Shown: positions 8,436-16,949 of the stretch, piece after piece
Position numbering within the stretch: position 1 is the first letter of the stretch
Layout: every line of letters begins with the position of its first letter
DNA from: an uncultured Opitutales bacterium
GTDB taxonomy: Bacteria > Verrucomicrobiota > Verrucomicrobiia > Opitutales > Intestinicryptomonadaceae
Direction of reading: 5' to 3'
Length of the DNA: 32,000 nt
Assembly: GCA_934613415.1 (NCBI GenBank)
Contig: CAKTSY010000001.1
Coordinates: 270,001 to 302,000, forward strand
The notes under the pieces: model-generated
Databases searched by the model: none
Seen by the model: only the letters and a program-made list of their open reading frames with translations
What the model was told of the DNA's origin: nothing
Translations under genes and position numbers: made by a program

Positions 8436-8695
8436 TTAGTAGTTTATGCGGGCAAGGCCGTCGCACTTTACGCCGTCGTAGGTTCTAAAGCTGCCGCCTA
8501 TTATTATGTTGCCAGATTTCTGAACCGCTACGCTTAAAACTTCGTGGTCGGCTCCAATTTTGCTGTCGAAGGTTGGGTCTACAGTGCCGTCGGGGTTAAG
8601 GCGCGCCACCCTATTGCACCTTACGCCGCCTACTTTTGTGAAATCTCCAACTATAATAATTTTGCCGTCTTTGGGGTGTATAAGAACATCGTTTA
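8436..8695 (-). repeat. near-identical 3'-terminal tract shared with 9839-10098
   Basis: Hand alignment gave 13 mismatches in 260 nt and 4 in the first 198 nt. A perfect 140-nt run spans 8467-8606 and 9870-10009. Identity collapses beyond this tract. Confidence 0.9.
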
Positions 8696-9809
8696 CTTTC
8701 CCGTTCACATATTTTCCTGTTACCGTAAAACCTTTATCCAATTCCGCAGTATTTTCGTCTATTCTTATAAAACCGCCTGTTTTGATAAACGAACCTTTTC
8801 GCCCGAAGGAAGTAAAATTACCAGCCAACAAAAGCTTGTCGGGGGCTTGTTTTACAACTTTCATTATTTCGTCGTCTGTGCCGCATTTTGTCGAAAAATT
8901 TTCTACCTTAAGCAAATTGCCGCCGTCGATAAGCGAAATTTTTGCCAAATTAACACTGCCTGCCATGCTTCGCATATATTTTTTTGTATTATCTGCAAAG
9001 GGGTCTATATTTGTCTTTTTTAATGAAGTTTGGTTTTTGCCCGCGCTTGCAAACGGGTCTTTGCTTGTATGCAAAGTGTTAGTGTTGCTTGCAAAAGGGT
9101 CTGAATTTTGGGGGATAGATGTTTCAACAGAATTTACGCTAACTTCTTCGGTGACAGTTATGCCCCTAAATAGGCCGCCAACATACAATGCATTGTCGAA
9201 AAGTTGCAACGTGCTAATGCCGCCACCAACGCAAACAGGCAGACGAAATTGCCCGTACAAATCGCCATTGTAGCTACATCTATAAATGCGCCCACGGCTT
9301 CGTATCTTGCCCTTCTTTTTGCTAAAAACAACGTTGTTTGTAGCAACAAAAATATTCTTTTCGGTTGCAACTATTGCTCTCACTTCGTTTTGACCAGCAT
9401 CACCGGGTATCGGCAGGAAACTTCCCATTCTATCTTCGCCAAACAAAACAATATTACTATCGTAACGGTAACTCTCGCTAAAGGTAGTAAAAAAGCTGTT
9501 CTGTGGAAGGGGAAAGATGCTAGAAATCTGCCCACTCCCATACCGTAAATTAAATTCGTAAGGACGTTTAACCGTACCATCTTTTTCAAGCCCAACCAAC
9601 GATGTTACGGAAATACCGTCTATTTTCGAAATAGAACCGCCAACTACAACGTTGTCGTTTTCCAACACTGCAACACATTTAACACTGCCTACAATGCTAT
9701 GCGCCTTAAAGGTTTTGTCGTAGCCGCCTATTTTTACGCTGTCTTCGGCCAAACATATTGTCGATAAAAGGCATATTATAGAAACTGTAAACTTCCTAAT
9801 TATGTGCAT
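8436..9809 (-). CDS. secreted beta-propeller repeat protein (delta-60 / DUF5122-like repeats), long paralogue
   Basis: The signal peptide is MHIIRKFTVSIICLLSTICLA. Recurrent repeats include GKIIIVGDFTKVGG, RLNPDGTVDPTFDS and GNIIIGGSFRTYDG. It is 457 aa. Confidence 0.8.
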   Translation of the reverse strand: MHIIRKFTVSIICLLSTICLAEDSVKIGGYDKTFKAHSIVGSVKCVAVLENDNVVVGGSISKIDGISVTSLVGLEKDGTVKRPYEFNLRYGSGQISSIFPLPQNSFFTTFSESYRYDSNIVLFGEDRMGSFLPIPGDAGQNEVRAIVATEKNIFVATNNVVFSKKKGKIRSRGRIYRCSYNGDLYGQFRLPVCVGGGISTLQLFDNALYVGGLFRGITVTEEVSVNSVETSIPQNSDPFASNTNTLHTSKDPFASAGKNQTSLKKTNIDPFADNTKKYMRSMAGSVNLAKISLIDGGNLLKVENFSTKCGTDDEIMKVVKQAPDKLLLAGNFTSFGRKGSFIKTGGFIRIDENTAELDKGFTVTGKYVNGKVNDVLIHPKDGKIIIVGDFTKVGGVRCNRVARLNPDGTVDPTFDSKIGADHEVLSVAVQKSGNIIIGGSFRTYDGVKCDGLARINY

Positions 9810-9838
9810 ATTGTATATTCCTTATTTCGCTGTTGTAT

Positions 9839-10098
9839 TTAGTAGTTTATTCGGGCAAGGCCGTCGCATTTTACGCCGTCGTAGGTTCTAAAGCTGCCGC
9901 CTATTATTATGTTGCCAGATTTCTGAACCGCTACGCTTAAAACTTCGTGGTCGGCTCCAATTTTGCTGTCGAAGGTTGGGTCTACAGTGCCGTCGGGGTT
10001 AAGGCGCGCTACCCTATTGCACTTTACGCCGCCTACCGTTGTAAAACGCCCAACTATAATAATTTTGCCGTCTTTGGGGTGCACAAGAACGTCGTTTA
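9839..10098 (-). repeat. near-identical 3'-terminal tract shared with 8436-8695
   Basis: See the partner feature at 8436-8695. The offset between the two copies is 1403 nt. Confidence 0.9.
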
Positions 10099-11026
10099 TA
10101 GTGCCGTCTATATACATTGGCGTAACTTTAAAAGATTTGTCTAGCATACCTGTAGTTGCATCTACCCTAACAAGCGCGCCCGTTCTTATGTTCGACTCTT
10201 TGCCCGCGGCATAGCCCGAAAAGCGGCCAACCACCAAAAGATTGTTGCAGCCTTGGCTTACCACCTTAAGGATTTTGCCGTTTGCCCCGCAATGGTTAAA
10301 TGGCGAATCGAAAACCGCGCTGTGCGTTGTAGGCCACAAAAGCCTGCCCAAACTTTTGTGGGTTGTTTTCTTTTCCCTGCAAGGGCTTGCTCCGCCAAAA
10401 TAGCCGCCAACATACAAAACTTCGTTAAACAAATGCAAAGTATACGCTTCGCCCGAAATTTTTATGTCGTCTCTTACAGTTTCGTCTAAAGCACCGTTGT
10501 ATTTTACCTTGCAAATTTTTGTTCTGTTTTTGCGGTTAAATGCCGTAAATTTGCCAGCAAGCCAAATGCCGCTTTCGTCGGCTTCTACGGCGTATATTTC
10601 GCCGTTTGCCCCTGGTGCAGGCGAAAAGTCGGCATTAGAGCCCTTTTCGTCGAAAACCGCAACATATGCGCTGGGCTTATCTTTAATTTTTAAAAATTTG
10701 CCCGTTACAACAACTCTGTTATCTGGGGCTGTAAAAACCTTATAAACCGTTTGCACTGGGCCTAGGCCAACATCGTAAAACATCTTAAATTCGCCGTCTT
10801 TTTCAAAACTCATAAGGTTTTGCGAAACAGTACCGTCTACAGTAGAAAGAAAGCCGCCAACTACAATGTTGTCGTTCTCTAAAACGGCAACCGTTTTAAT
10901 TTCGCCCATAATATCGTGCGTTTTAAAAGTTTTGTCGAACCCGCCAATTTTTACGTTGTCTTCGGCAAAAGATACCGCAGCCGAAAAGCACATTACACTA
11001 AAAAACAATTTTTTGAAAATATTCAT
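9839..11026 (-). CDS. secreted beta-propeller repeat protein (delta-60 / DUF5122-like repeats), short paralogue
   Basis: The signal peptide is MNIFKKLFFSVMCFSAAVSFA. The N-terminus is about 60% identical to the 457-aa neighbour, and the last 58 aa are identical (CNRVARLNPDGTVDPTFDSKIGADHEVLSVAVQKSGNIIIGGSFRTYDGVKCDGLARINY). Confidence 0.8.
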   Translation of the reverse strand: MNIFKKLFFSVMCFSAAVSFAEDNVKIGGFDKTFKTHDIMGEIKTVAVLENDNIVVGGFLSTVDGTVSQNLMSFEKDGEFKMFYDVGLGPVQTVYKVFTAPDNRVVVTGKFLKIKDKPSAYVAVFDEKGSNADFSPAPGANGEIYAVEADESGIWLAGKFTAFNRKNRTKICKVKYNGALDETVRDDIKISGEAYTLHLFNEVLYVGGYFGGASPCREKKTTHKSLGRLLWPTTHSAVFDSPFNHCGANGKILKVVSQGCNNLLVVGRFSGYAAGKESNIRTGALVRVDATTGMLDKSFKVTPMYIDGTINDVLVHPKDGKIIIVGRFTTVGGVKCNRVARLNPDGTVDPTFDSKIGADHEVLSVAVQKSGNIIIGGSFRTYDGVKCDGLARINY

Positions 11027-11047
11027 ATTACCTTTTTCGCCGGCATA

Positions 11048-11076
11048 AAAAATTTCTTACACAATAAGTATAAAAT
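11048..11076 (-). promoter_or_regulatory. copy B of the 29-nt conserved upstream element (minus strand ATTTTATACTTATTGTGTAAGAAATTTTT)
   Basis: It lies about 22 nt upstream of the ATG at 11026, directly after the Sel1-gene terminator, so it is well placed to be the promoter or leader of the propeller-gene pair. Confidence 0.4.
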
Positions 11077-11126
11077 ATTGCAGATTTTTTTGTGTTATAT
11101 TATGTTGTCTAAACAAAAATATCCCA

Positions 11127-11155
11127 ACAAAAAAAGCTTGGCGTTAACCAAGCTT
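11127..11155 (-). terminator. Rho-independent terminator of the Sel1-repeat gene
   Basis: A perfect 8-bp stem pairs aagcttgg (11134-11141) with ccaagctt (11148-11155) around a 6-nt loop. On the minus strand it is followed by TTTTTTGTTGGG. Confidence 0.65.
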
Positions 11156-11191
11156 TTGGGCAGGTTTGCAAAACTGTGCGCAAAAACAATG

Positions 11192-12373
11192 CTACTCGTC
11201 TAAACCTTGGGCTTTTCTTCTTAAGCCTTCTAGCACAGATGCCGCGTAGTCGTCGCCCAAATTCGAGGCTTTTGCCAAATACGAAATTGCCTTGTTGTAA
11301 TCCTGTTTTACGCCCTGCCCGTTTAGATATATAACGCCAAGCATTGTTGAAGCCCTTGCAAAGTCTTGCTTTGCCGCGGCCTCAAGCCAAACTATTGCAT
11401 CGTTTATATTGCCCTTATCGCTCAGCAAAAGGGCGTATATAAATTGAGATTCGGGCAAACCTTTTGTTGCGGCTCTCTTTAGCCACTTTTCGGCTTCGTT
11501 AAGGTCTTTTTTAACAATTTTTCCTTCAAAATACAGCCAACCAAGCGCGCCTTCCGAATAGGCATAGCCTAGTTGCGCGCCCTTTTTTGCAAGCTCAAGA
11601 GACTTATTTATATCTTTCTTAACGCCGCGGCCTTCAAAATATAAATTGCCAAGCATATGCATAGCTTCGGGGTTGTTTTGCTTTGCGCTTTTTCCCAGCC
11701 ATTGGGCGGCAAGCTCGTAGTTTTGGTCGGTACCATCGCCTTTTAAGTACATTTCGCCGAGCACGCATTGGGCTCTATCGTTGCCCTGTTTTGCCGCTTT
11801 TTCGTACCACTTAAAAGCCTCTTTGTAGTTTTGCTGGGTGCCTTGCCCTTTATGATACATTAGCGCTAGTGCCGATTGCGCTTTAGCCAAGCCTTGTACC
11901 GCGCTTTTTTTAACCCATTCAATTGCCTTGTTGTAGTCTTTTTGCACGCCAAAGCCTTCGTAATACATATTGCCAAGCCAATATTGCCCCTCGGCGTCGC
12001 CTTTTTTTGCGGCAATTTCCAGCCACTTAAACGCCAATTTATAGTCTTTTTCAACCCCGCGCCCTTTTAGAAAACAAAAGCCCGCCATACTTTGGTCTAA
12101 AACATCGTTAGAATTTTCAGCCAAAAATTCCAACCACTTGCGAGCGTTATTTTTGTCGCCGTTGTCGCCGTAATACTCGTAAAGCGCATACTGCGCGTGT
12201 TTGTTACCCTGTTGTGCGCATTCTTCAAAGCACTTTAGAGCTTTGTCTACCTTGCCGCTATCTAAAAAGGCAATGCCCTGCTCGTACAACGCGTTTTGGG
12301 TGTCTTTTGCCGAATTTTCGCCAAAAGCCATAGTGCACACAAAAAATAAAATCAGATATACAGTTTTTTTCAT
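11192..12373 (-). CDS. secreted Sel1-like repeat (SLR/TPR-like) protein
   Basis: The signal peptide is MKKTVYLILFFVCTMAFG. About 8-9 tandem ~36-aa repeats of the SLR type follow (A..W..KAA.QG...AQ..LG.MY..G.GV.KD). The ORF-track start at 12382 is a TTG, and the ATG is at 12371-12373. Confidence 0.9.
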   Translation of the reverse strand: MKKTVYLILFFVCTMAFGENSAKDTQNALYEQGIAFLDSGKVDKALKCFEECAQQGNKHAQYALYEYYGDNGDKNNARKWLEFLAENSNDVLDQSMAGFCFLKGRGVEKDYKLAFKWLEIAAKKGDAEGQYWLGNMYYEGFGVQKDYNKAIEWVKKSAVQGLAKAQSALALMYHKGQGTQQNYKEAFKWYEKAAKQGNDRAQCVLGEMYLKGDGTDQNYELAAQWLGKSAKQNNPEAMHMLGNLYFEGRGVKKDINKSLELAKKGAQLGYAYSEGALGWLYFEGKIVKKDLNEAEKWLKRAATKGLPESQFIYALLLSDKGNINDAIVWLEAAAKQDFARASTMLGVIYLNGQGVKQDYNKAISYLAKASNLGDDYAASVLEGLRRKAQGLDE

Positions 12374-12457
12374 CTCAAACAAAAAAATATTAAACCAAGT
12401 ATATAACTACTTCGTTTTTAAAAAATTATTCTTACAAAATTTTGCAATAAATATACG

Positions 12458-12790
12458 CTAGCGACGCATCTTTTTGCTGCGTTCAAAAAAGTGCATAATT
12501 AAAGCCACAAACGTTAGCAAAAGAAACCCAACCGCAAAAATCAGCTTACCGTGAAACGGCCATATGGCGGCAAAAAGCCCCGTTCCAAAAAACGACAATA
12601 CAATTTTGCCTACTAGCCCAACATTGTCTTCGGGGGTTTCAGAACCCACAAACGCGCTGGAAACTACCGCAAACAACATTAAAAGCGGAAGCGCTATGTT
12701 AAAGAACTTCCAGCCGTCGTTCTGCATAAAAAGGGGGAATAATATGGATACGCCAAAAGCCAATGTAGCGCGAATTGCAAAAGATTTCAT
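12458..12790 (-). CDS. hypothetical small polytopic membrane protein, paralogue of 7981-8337
   Basis: The 110-aa protein MKSFAIRATLAFGVSILFPLF...LLMLFAVVSSAF...VALIMHFFERSKK aligns along its full length with the 121-aa protein. Its upstream leader also shares TGTAAGAAA and AGCGAA(A)TAA with that gene's leader. Confidence 0.6.
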   Translation of the reverse strand: MKSFAIRATLAFGVSILFPLFMQNDGWKFFNIALPLLMLFAVVSSAFVGSETPEDNVGLVGKIVLSFFGTGLFAAIWPFHGKLIFAVGFLLLTFVALIMHFFERSKKMRR

Positions 12791-12880
12791 ACTAAAATAT
12801 TTATTCGCTAAAAAAGCGGCTTTCTTACATACTTATACTAAGTGGAAGGCAAAAAATGGCAGTAAAAGATTGGCGGCGTT

Positions 12881-12894
12881 TTAAATATGCAGCT
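12881..12894 (+). promoter_or_regulatory. candidate promoter box TTAAATATGCAGCT upstream of the GH42-like gene
   Basis: It resembles the boxes at 5694-5708 and 5565-5578. The ORF-track ATG at 12887 lies inside this box. The signal peptide begins only at the ATG at 12941. Confidence 0.3.
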
Positions 12895-12940
12895 TTTTTG
12901 TTTGCGCAAATGCTTGGCAATCTATAGCGTATTTTACCAT

Positions 12941-15625
12941 ATGATGAAGCGAATTTTTACACTTTTACTTATGTTTGCACTTTTTGGAACTTTGCACGCA
13001 AACATTCTAAAAAACGGCGAATTAAAATCGCGAACGGGGCTGCCCACAGGCTGGGGGTGGTATGTGTCGGGCAAAGCAAACGCCAAAGCCTTTTACGACG
13101 ACGAAAGCGAAGCTTTTACCATACAAAACAATTCCGACAAATACCCGAATGTGTATGCAATGCTTTTCCAAAAAGTTGCGCTTAAACCCAATCAATACTA
13201 TTTGGTTGAAATAGACGGCGAATATTCCGGCGAAGGCACCCCGCTTATTGTATACGGCGAAAACTGGCGCATTAGAGCCGCCGTTAAGGTTGTACACAAT
13301 AAAAGGAATACTTCGCTTACAACAATTTTGCCAAAAGCCAAAGATTTGGACAAAAACGGGCTTTCTACCTTCAGAATTTTAATAGACGCAAAGGCAAAAT
13401 ATACCATACACAGCATTTCGCTTACCGAATGCAACGCGCCCGTAATAACGCAATCGAAACCTAATTTGCAGTTTTACAACGAAATGCTTGAAAAGTGCAA
13501 ATGCTATGCCGCAAAAATAAATGCGCTTAAAAGCGAAGCTTGCGGTATTAAGCACCTATATTTAAACGCGGCAACAAAGATTTTAAGCGACCACATAGCC
13601 TTGGCAAACTTGCGCTTGACCAACGCCATAAGCTTGGAGGGAAAGCAGTACTATGCAGAAAAATTTAATATGATTATTCCCGAGCTAGACGGCGCAATTT
13701 CAGACGCACTTGGCACTTTGCAAAAGATAAAAAGCGGTAAAGCGGCCGAGTTATACACCACAAATTCCGACGAAATAAAAATTGTAAACGGCTGGCCGTA
13801 TAGCACTTGGGTAGACAAAGACGGCAAAAAATTTCCCGACCGCCCCGTGATATATGCGGGCTTTGGGCATTTCGAAAAAGTATTAAGCGACCTGCCCATT
13901 ATGCAGGCGATTGGAGCGAACATAATACAAACCGAAATTGGCCCAAACAGCGTGTTCTTGCGCGAGGGCAAAAACGCCGAATTTGAGGCCGACTTTGCCG
14001 CGTTCGACAAAAAAATCGGCAATGCGCTGAAAACCGCCTACGAAAACAACGTTAAGGTTATAGTTTTGCTTTCGCCGCACTACCACCCCAAATGGTTCGC
14101 CCAAAAATACGGCTTGGGCAACTACAAAAACGGCTTTTTTAAGTACGATATAGAAAGCCCTGCCGCCCAAAGAATGCTGGACGCCTTTTTTAAGGCAATG
14201 GGGCAACGCCTGCAACAAAGCCCCTACAAAAGCGCAATACACAGCATTTGCATTACAAACGAGCCGCTCTATTCGGCAGGCTATTTTAATAACCCCAACA
14301 TAAAACCGCTTTTCGAAAAATATTTTGCCGCAAAATACGGCGACATAAAAGACTTTAACCCAATTGCAAAAACTTCGTTTAAAGACGCTAGCGAGCTGCT
14401 TGAAAACGCCGACGCAAACCGCGCCGCAAAATACGCCTTTTACGATTTTTGCAAACGCCGCTTTGCCGACTGGCATTTGGAAAATGTCAAAAGGCTAAAA
14501 AGCACCCTAAAGGCCGATATTCCCTGCCACGCAAAACTTATGGCAATGACTTCGCCCTTCCACTTCGACGGCGGCATAGACCTTGAATATATGTCTGAAC
14601 TTGGTAGCTACAACGGCAACGACGACATTTTTTACCCCGAAGGCAAATGGGCAAGCCAGTGGGATATTTCGACTTTGGCGCACGAAATACAGACATCGGC
14701 AAACAACGCCAGCGTAGTAAACAGCGAAAACCACATTATTAGCGATTTTGAGACGCGCCCCATAGACAACCTGCACATATACGCAAGCCTTATGCACCAG
14801 TTTGTAGGCGGCGTTAGCACGCTTGCAACCTGGGTTTATCAAGACTGGTTTTACCCCAACGAAAAAAAAGACCCCTCGGGCTGCCTTGCGGGCAACATAT
14901 ATTTGCGCTGCGGCAACCTTGTATACCACGCAAAGGCCTACTACGACGCCCTGCGCAACGCCGAATATCTTGAAGCCTTTATGCGCCATAAGGGAAGTGT
15001 TGCGTTCCTCTTTTCGCCCACAAGCGTAATACACGGCAAAACCGCCTATTTTGAGCACAACAAAACCCTCTCGCTAAACGACAACTACGAAAAAGACCTA
15101 ATGAACACCTATTCTAAAATATGCTTGGCAGGTTTTAAACCACAAAGTATAACCGAACGCGATTTGGAAAATTTTGATATAAAAAATGCAAAGGTTTTGT
15201 TTGTGTCTTCGGCAAAAACAATTACGCGCAAAGCGGCGTTAAAACTAAAAGAACTTGCCGAAAGCGGGAAGCTTAAAATATACGCAAAAGACGACGCCCT
15301 TAAATACGACGAATTCGGCAACGAGCTTGGCTTTAAAATTCCGTTTTTGCCCGAACCTAAAGACGGCTTTTTAAGCGAAATTTCTAAAACGGTGCAGCCG
15401 CTTTTAAAATTTACGGTAAACGGCAAAAGCGAAAACGAAGGCGTGTTTGTGCGCGCAGTTCCTCACAAAAACTCCGTAATTGCCTTTATTGCAAACTATA
15501 ACAAAAACGACGCCGAAATTGCGCTTGATACCCAATCAAAAATATACGACCTTATAGACGACAGCCCTACCCAAAATTCGTTTAAGCTAAAGCCAAGGCA
15601 AGTAAAATTATTAAAGCTAAATTAA
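12941..15625 (+). CDS. secreted multidomain glycoside hydrolase: N-terminal CBM-like domain, GH42-like TIM barrel, C-terminal GH42M-like domain
   Basis: The signal peptide is MMKRIFTLLLMFALFGTLHA. The N-terminal NGELK...GWGWYVSG resembles CBM4/9-type modules. The barrel shows GANIIQTEIGPNSVF, VKVIVLLSPHYHPKWF and ICITNEPLY (acid/base NEP). The C-terminal AKVLFVSSAKTI...LKELAESGKLKIY resembles the GH42 trimerisation domain. The family-level call is tentative. Confidence 0.65.
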   Translation: MMKRIFTLLLMFALFGTLHANILKNGELKSRTGLPTGWGWYVSGKANAKAFYDDESEAFTIQNNSDKYPNVYAMLFQKVALKPNQYYLVEIDGEYSGEGTPLIVYGENWRIRAAVKVVHNKRNTSLTTILPKAKDLDKNGLSTFRILIDAKAKYTIHSISLTECNAPVITQSKPNLQFYNEMLEKCKCYAAKINALKSEACGIKHLYLNAATKILSDHIALANLRLTNAISLEGKQYYAEKFNMIIPELDGAISDALGTLQKIKSGKAAELYTTNSDEIKIVNGWPYSTWVDKDGKKFPDRPVIYAGFGHFEKVLSDLPIMQAIGANIIQTEIGPNSVFLREGKNAEFEADFAAFDKKIGNALKTAYENNVKVIVLLSPHYHPKWFAQKYGLGNYKNGFFKYDIESPAAQRMLDAFFKAMGQRLQQSPYKSAIHSICITNEPLYSAGYFNNPNIKPLFEKYFAAKYGDIKDFNPIAKTSFKDASELLENADANRAAKYAFYDFCKRRFADWHLENVKRLKSTLKADIPCHAKLMAMTSPFHFDGGIDLEYMSELGSYNGNDDIFYPEGKWASQWDISTLAHEIQTSANNASVVNSENHIISDFETRPIDNLHIYASLMHQFVGGVSTLATWVYQDWFYPNEKKDPSGCLAGNIYLRCGNLVYHAKAYYDALRNAEYLEAFMRHKGSVAFLFSPTSVIHGKTAYFEHNKTLSLNDNYEKDLMNTYSKICLAGFKPQSITERDLENFDIKNAKVLFVSSAKTITRKAALKLKELAESGKLKIYAKDDALKYDEFGNELGFKIPFLPEPKDGFLSEISKTVQPLLKFTVNGKSENEGVFVRAVPHKNSVIAFIANYNKNDAEIALDTQSKIYDLIDDSPTQNSFKLKPRQVKLLKLN

Positions 15626-15641
15626 CTTTGGCAAAAACCGC

Positions 15642-15682
15642 AAAAAAATGCGCTAGAGAGAATTTTCTCTGCGCATTTTTTT
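15642..15682. terminator. strong bidirectional Rho-independent terminator
   Basis: An 11-bp stem with one bulge pairs atgcgc(t)agaga (15648-15659) with tctctgcgcat (15666-15676). It is flanked by AAAAAAA upstream and TTTTTT downstream and sits between convergent genes. Confidence 0.75.
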
Positions 15683-15698
15683 CGTATAAAAAGCAGCC

Positions 15699-16946
15699 TT
15701 ATTTTTTAAAATTAACCGCGTTTTTCAGAATCTTCAAAATAGAGTCTTTCAACGCCGACTGTATCTTAAAAAAGTGCTCGCTGTCGTCGTTGTTCGACGC
15801 CCTGTAGGCGAAGGCGGCAATGCCATCGGTGTCTACGGGTATACTTTTATATTCGCTTTTGTCTATGCTAATTTTAAACTCTTTTGTTGCCGATTTTGCA
15901 TAGCTTAAGTTAAGCAGATTTTCTATAAAGAAAATTGCATTGCGCGTAAACTTTATTGGCAGCTGCGAATTTGCGTTAATCTTTGCGGTAATTTCGGGCC
16001 TTTTTGTAAGGGGCAAAAGCGCAAACACTCTTTTAAAAATCGAAGCTTCCTTAACTACAATTTCGCCCTCGGCAAACCTGCGAAGCGGCATATCTATTTT
16101 AAGCCCCGTATATTTAAAAAGCTCTAGCAGCCTTTTTCTGAACGCCTTTTCGAATTCGGCAACCTTTTCCGACTCTTTTGCAATCAATGCATCTCGCTCT
16201 TCCTTTTTAGACGAAAAGCCCTCTATTGGTGCTGTACTTTTTATTAAAACAAACTCTTTAAGCGAGTTTAAAATCTCCAAAGCCGCCCCGTTTAAATAGG
16301 AATCTAGCAGTTGCATTCTATTGCTTTGCAAGCCGCCAAAAGCCTTCTTTAAATCGGCATCGCCCATTACGGTGTTCGAGTTTTTCATTTCGTCGAGCAG
16401 CTTTATGCAGTCGCCCAAGTTAGATTTAAAAGCGTCAAAGCAAAAGCATTCTATGCGCCTTTCGGCAAACTCGTTTTTCCACTGCGCCGTGTTCGATTCG
16501 TCGGTTTTATTTATAAGCCCGAACAATACGCACTTTTGCCTTATGTACGAAAGCGAATCTAGCAAAAGCTGCGAAGTTCTGCCGAAAATATTGTCGGCGT
16601 TAGAGACAATCACGCAAATGTCGGCGTCTAAAAGCGCCTTCATAATTTCGCAATCGTGCCTGTATTTTAAGTCGGTAAAATTTTGCAAAAACTCGGCCGG
16701 AGGGAAAAGCCCCTGCATTGCCGAGCTTCTAAAACTTTTGTAGACCGCCTCGGGGTGTTGCAAACCGGGGGTGTCTATAATCTCGACATCGTTTTCGCCG
16801 ATATTTAGGCGGCGCGGCTCTATGCGCTTTGTTTCGCCCGGCATGGGCGAAACGGCAATGTTGTCGTCGCCCAAAAGGTTGGCAAACACGCTAGACTTGC
16901 CGTCGTTGGGGCGGCCTATCATAACAATTCTGTAAGTTTTGCCCAT
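15699..16946 (-). CDS. P-loop GTPase (TRAFAC/MMR_HSR1-like G domain) with a ~240-aa helical C-terminal extension, possibly DUF3482-like
   Basis: G1 is GRPNDGKS (aa 11-18), G2 is GET, G3 is DTPG (58-61) and G4 is NKTD (146-149). The remainder is helical with no TM segment. The start lies 3 nt after the stop of the upstream membrane-protein gene. Confidence 0.8.
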   Translation of the reverse strand: MGKTYRIVMIGRPNDGKSSVFANLLGDDNIAVSPMPGETKRIEPRRLNIGENDVEIIDTPGLQHPEAVYKSFRSSAMQGLFPPAEFLQNFTDLKYRHDCEIMKALLDADICVIVSNADNIFGRTSQLLLDSLSYIRQKCVLFGLINKTDESNTAQWKNEFAERRIECFCFDAFKSNLGDCIKLLDEMKNSNTVMGDADLKKAFGGLQSNRMQLLDSYLNGAALEILNSLKEFVLIKSTAPIEGFSSKKEERDALIAKESEKVAEFEKAFRKRLLELFKYTGLKIDMPLRRFAEGEIVVKEASIFKRVFALLPLTKRPEITAKINANSQLPIKFTRNAIFFIENLLNLSYAKSATKEFKISIDKSEYKSIPVDTDGIAAFAYRASNNDDSEHFFKIQSALKDSILKILKNAVNFKK

Positions 16947-16949
16947 ATG

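Noticed and set aside
8994-9101. DPF motifs read as eukaryote-like adaptor-binding (AP-2 ear) motifs.
   Set aside because: A tripeptide recurring three times in a low-complexity bacterial loop is far too little evidence for host mimicry. It is kept only as a repeat observation.
11085-11159. A possible ~70-nt + strand sRNA, from a promoter-like TAAAATATTGCAGAT box followed by the hairpin at 11134-11155.
   Set aside because: The hairpin has the better U-tract on the minus strand and is fully explained as the Sel1-gene terminator. The box overlaps the conserved 29-nt minus-strand element. There is no independent support.
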